A stretch of 64,000 nucleotides of DNA from Terriglobia bacterium (GTDB lineage Bacteria; Acidobacteriota; Terriglobia; UBA7540). The translations under genes were made by a program, and so were the position numbers. This document shows positions 62,628-64,000 of the stretch, piece by piece. The DNA is taken from the NCBI GenBank assembly GCA_050010335.1, contig JBEKLF010000008.1:18905-82904 (forward strand), given 5' to 3'. Position 1 is the first letter of the stretch, and each line of letters starts with the position of its first letter. The notes under the pieces were generated by a model that had not been told where the DNA came from, ran no database searches, and was given only the letters and a program-made list of their open reading frames with translations.

Positions 62628-64000
62628 TTAGAGATGAGGAACGCGGCGTGGCTTGATCTGGGTGAGGTGTTGCTTCAATCGCTCAGCAACTTCACGATCC
62701 TTACCGTCCGCGAGTTCGTTACGAAGTTCGTTTAGAGCGAAATGAACGATATCGTGGTGGTGGACTTCTTCCGGGGCCAGTTCAGTACTGAAGCGTAGCC
62801 AGAGGCTGTGCAGCAAATCAATCTCTTGGGGCGTCAGATGAGGTGCATGCGGGCCGAGGTAGAAGATTTCTTCCTGTCCATCGGGTGTAAAGATCTCAAG
62901 CGTCAGGTGAGGCTTGGGGTCGGGCAGTTTTTCCCAGGCGAGGCCGGCGTAGAACGCTTCCTCGGTAACCGGCATCTTTGCTGAGGGCGCGAGAACGATG
63001 GTAGAGGATTGGAGAGAGTAGGAGGAGCGCAGGATGCCTTCCCAAATCTCGTTTGCCGCGGCAACCGACAAGTGGATACTTTTGCCCTGGTGTTCGGCGA
63101 GAGCGAGCGCCCGAGTAAAAAGATATTGCTCCGTGGTGCTGAAAAGCTGTTCCGCCACCAAAGCGCTCTCGCCGGAAGCGGCACGTTGCAGAATGCGAAT
63201 GTGTAAAACCACGACGTCTTGCCGAGCTGTGTTCACGCGGCGGAGGACGGCCGCGAGGTGGTAAAGGGTGTGGTAGTCGCGCACCAAAACCAGAATATTA
63301 TTCGGCCGGACTCCCACCGCCTTGGGCGTGAGCTCTTCCCCTGGGACGAGATGAAATTGGTCAAGCTCCTGGTGAACGCCCTGGCGCGAGCGGGTAACTT
63401 TTTCGGAAATCGTGAAAACGGCGAAGAGGACAATTGTAAAAGCAACTCCGGAGATCGTCGCAACCTGCTTGGTAAGCAGATTTACCAGCGCAATACCGAG
63501 AAGCACCAGCGTAATGAGGCCGAGGCCGATGGGAATTTCCCGCCCTGCGAAATGCAGATTCAAGGGGACTCGGTACTCGCGCGGGCCGGCGTCTTTATAC
63601 CGAAGCACCAGGACCGCCAGGCCTTTCATGACGAAACTCCAAATGACGCCAAAGGCGTAGGCTTCGCCCAGGAGCAGGACGTTGCCGCGGCTGAGAAGGA
63701 TCGTAAGGATCTGGAGGCCGACCACCATATCGATGATGCGATACGATGTGCCAAAGCGAGGATGCGGCCGCCGGAACCAGTCAGAGAGAACGCCATCCTC
63801 CGAAACGCGATTAAGAACGCCGTTTGACCCTACGATGGCCGTATTTACCGCCCCGGCGAGGATCATGGTTCCGACCAAAACCACAAACCCATGGAATACC
63901 AAGCGGAGCATTAAGGGCCCCGCCATGTTCATCGCCAGTCCGCCGATGAGATTGTCAAAGTAGTTCTTGCGCGTCGCATCGGGAATGATCATCACCGCGA
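62628..64000 (-). CDS. APC-family permease with C-terminal Usp-like domain, N-terminus outside window
   Basis: The ORF continues past the window end. TM region with NTAIVGSNGVLNRVSEDGVL. The C-terminal ILVLVRD..VVVLHIR..IVLAPS is USP-like. Confidence 0.7.
   Translation of the reverse strand, partial: AVMIIPDATRKNYFDNLIGGLAMNMAGPLMLRLVFHGFVVLVGTMILAGAVNTAIVGSNGVLNRVSEDGVLSDWFRRPHPRFGTSYRIIDMVVGLQILTILLSRGNVLLLGEAYAFGVIWSFVMKGLAVLVLRYKDAGPREYRVPLNLHFAGREIPIGLGLITLVLLGIALVNLLTKQVATISGVAFTIVLFAVFTISEKVTRSRQGVHQELDQFHLVPGEELTPKAVGVRPNNILVLVRDYHTLYHLAAVLRRVNTARQDVVVLHIRILQRAASGESALVAEQLFSTTEQYLFTRALALAEHQGKSIHLSVAAANEIWEGILRSSYSLQSSTIVLAPSAKMPVTEEAFYAGLAWEKLPDPKPHLTLEIFTPDGQEEIFYLGPHAPHLTPQEIDLLHSLWLRFSTELAPEEVHHHDIVHFALNELRNELADGKDREVAERLKQHLTQIKPRRVPHL

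Overview
The 64-kb window looks like a chromosomal segment from an Acidobacteriota-type genome. This is an inference from an ADOP-type duplicated FtsX permease, BshC, a BlaI/BlaR1 pair with helical-repeat tails, and many periodic intergenic palindromes. About 80 percent is ordinary, densely packed housekeeping DNA: dapA-like, bshC, class II aldolase, hemW-like, ltaE, MeaB-epimerase, mtnP, dapF, M61 peptidase, plsC, dut, lpxD, xerD, CCA/poly(A)-polymerase-like, tldD/pmbA and aroC-def-fmt-rsmB. I saw no rRNA, tRNA or CRISPR array. Four short, visibly more A+T-rich accessory patches interrupt this backbone. (1) 18.1-19.9 kb holds a RelE-family TA pair, a decayed antitoxin, and a strong promoter reading into a four-box repeat array. 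(2) 27.4-33.8 kb is a cassette-like island and the best candidate for something new. It holds three unrelated predicted effector genes (membrane PD-(D/E)xK nuclease-like, Zn-ribbon-RES, HEPN), each followed within 7-35 nt of its stop by a member of one structured repeat family. A fourth, ORF-poor interval carries a second copy of the promoter plus four-box array. (3) 42.5-43.5 kb is a mosaic of HicAB, Phd, a 26-codon VapC stub and a HicA 5' stub. (4) 54.3-58.2 kb holds an orphan 996-aa dynamin-like P-loop membrane protein bounded by REP-like palindromes. Other points of interest: a MeaB-methylmalonyl-CoA epimerase fusion; a BlaI/BlaR1 operon whose sensor tail is 8.5 copies of a 28-aa repeat, followed by a secreted paralogue with the same 8.5-repeat layout; a probable leaderless blaI promoter with two ACGAA-N4-TTCGT dyads; and a class of intergenic hairpins whose arms are short tandem words that differ at every locus. 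All start codons, repeat boundaries and identities were read by eye. No database search or folding program was run.
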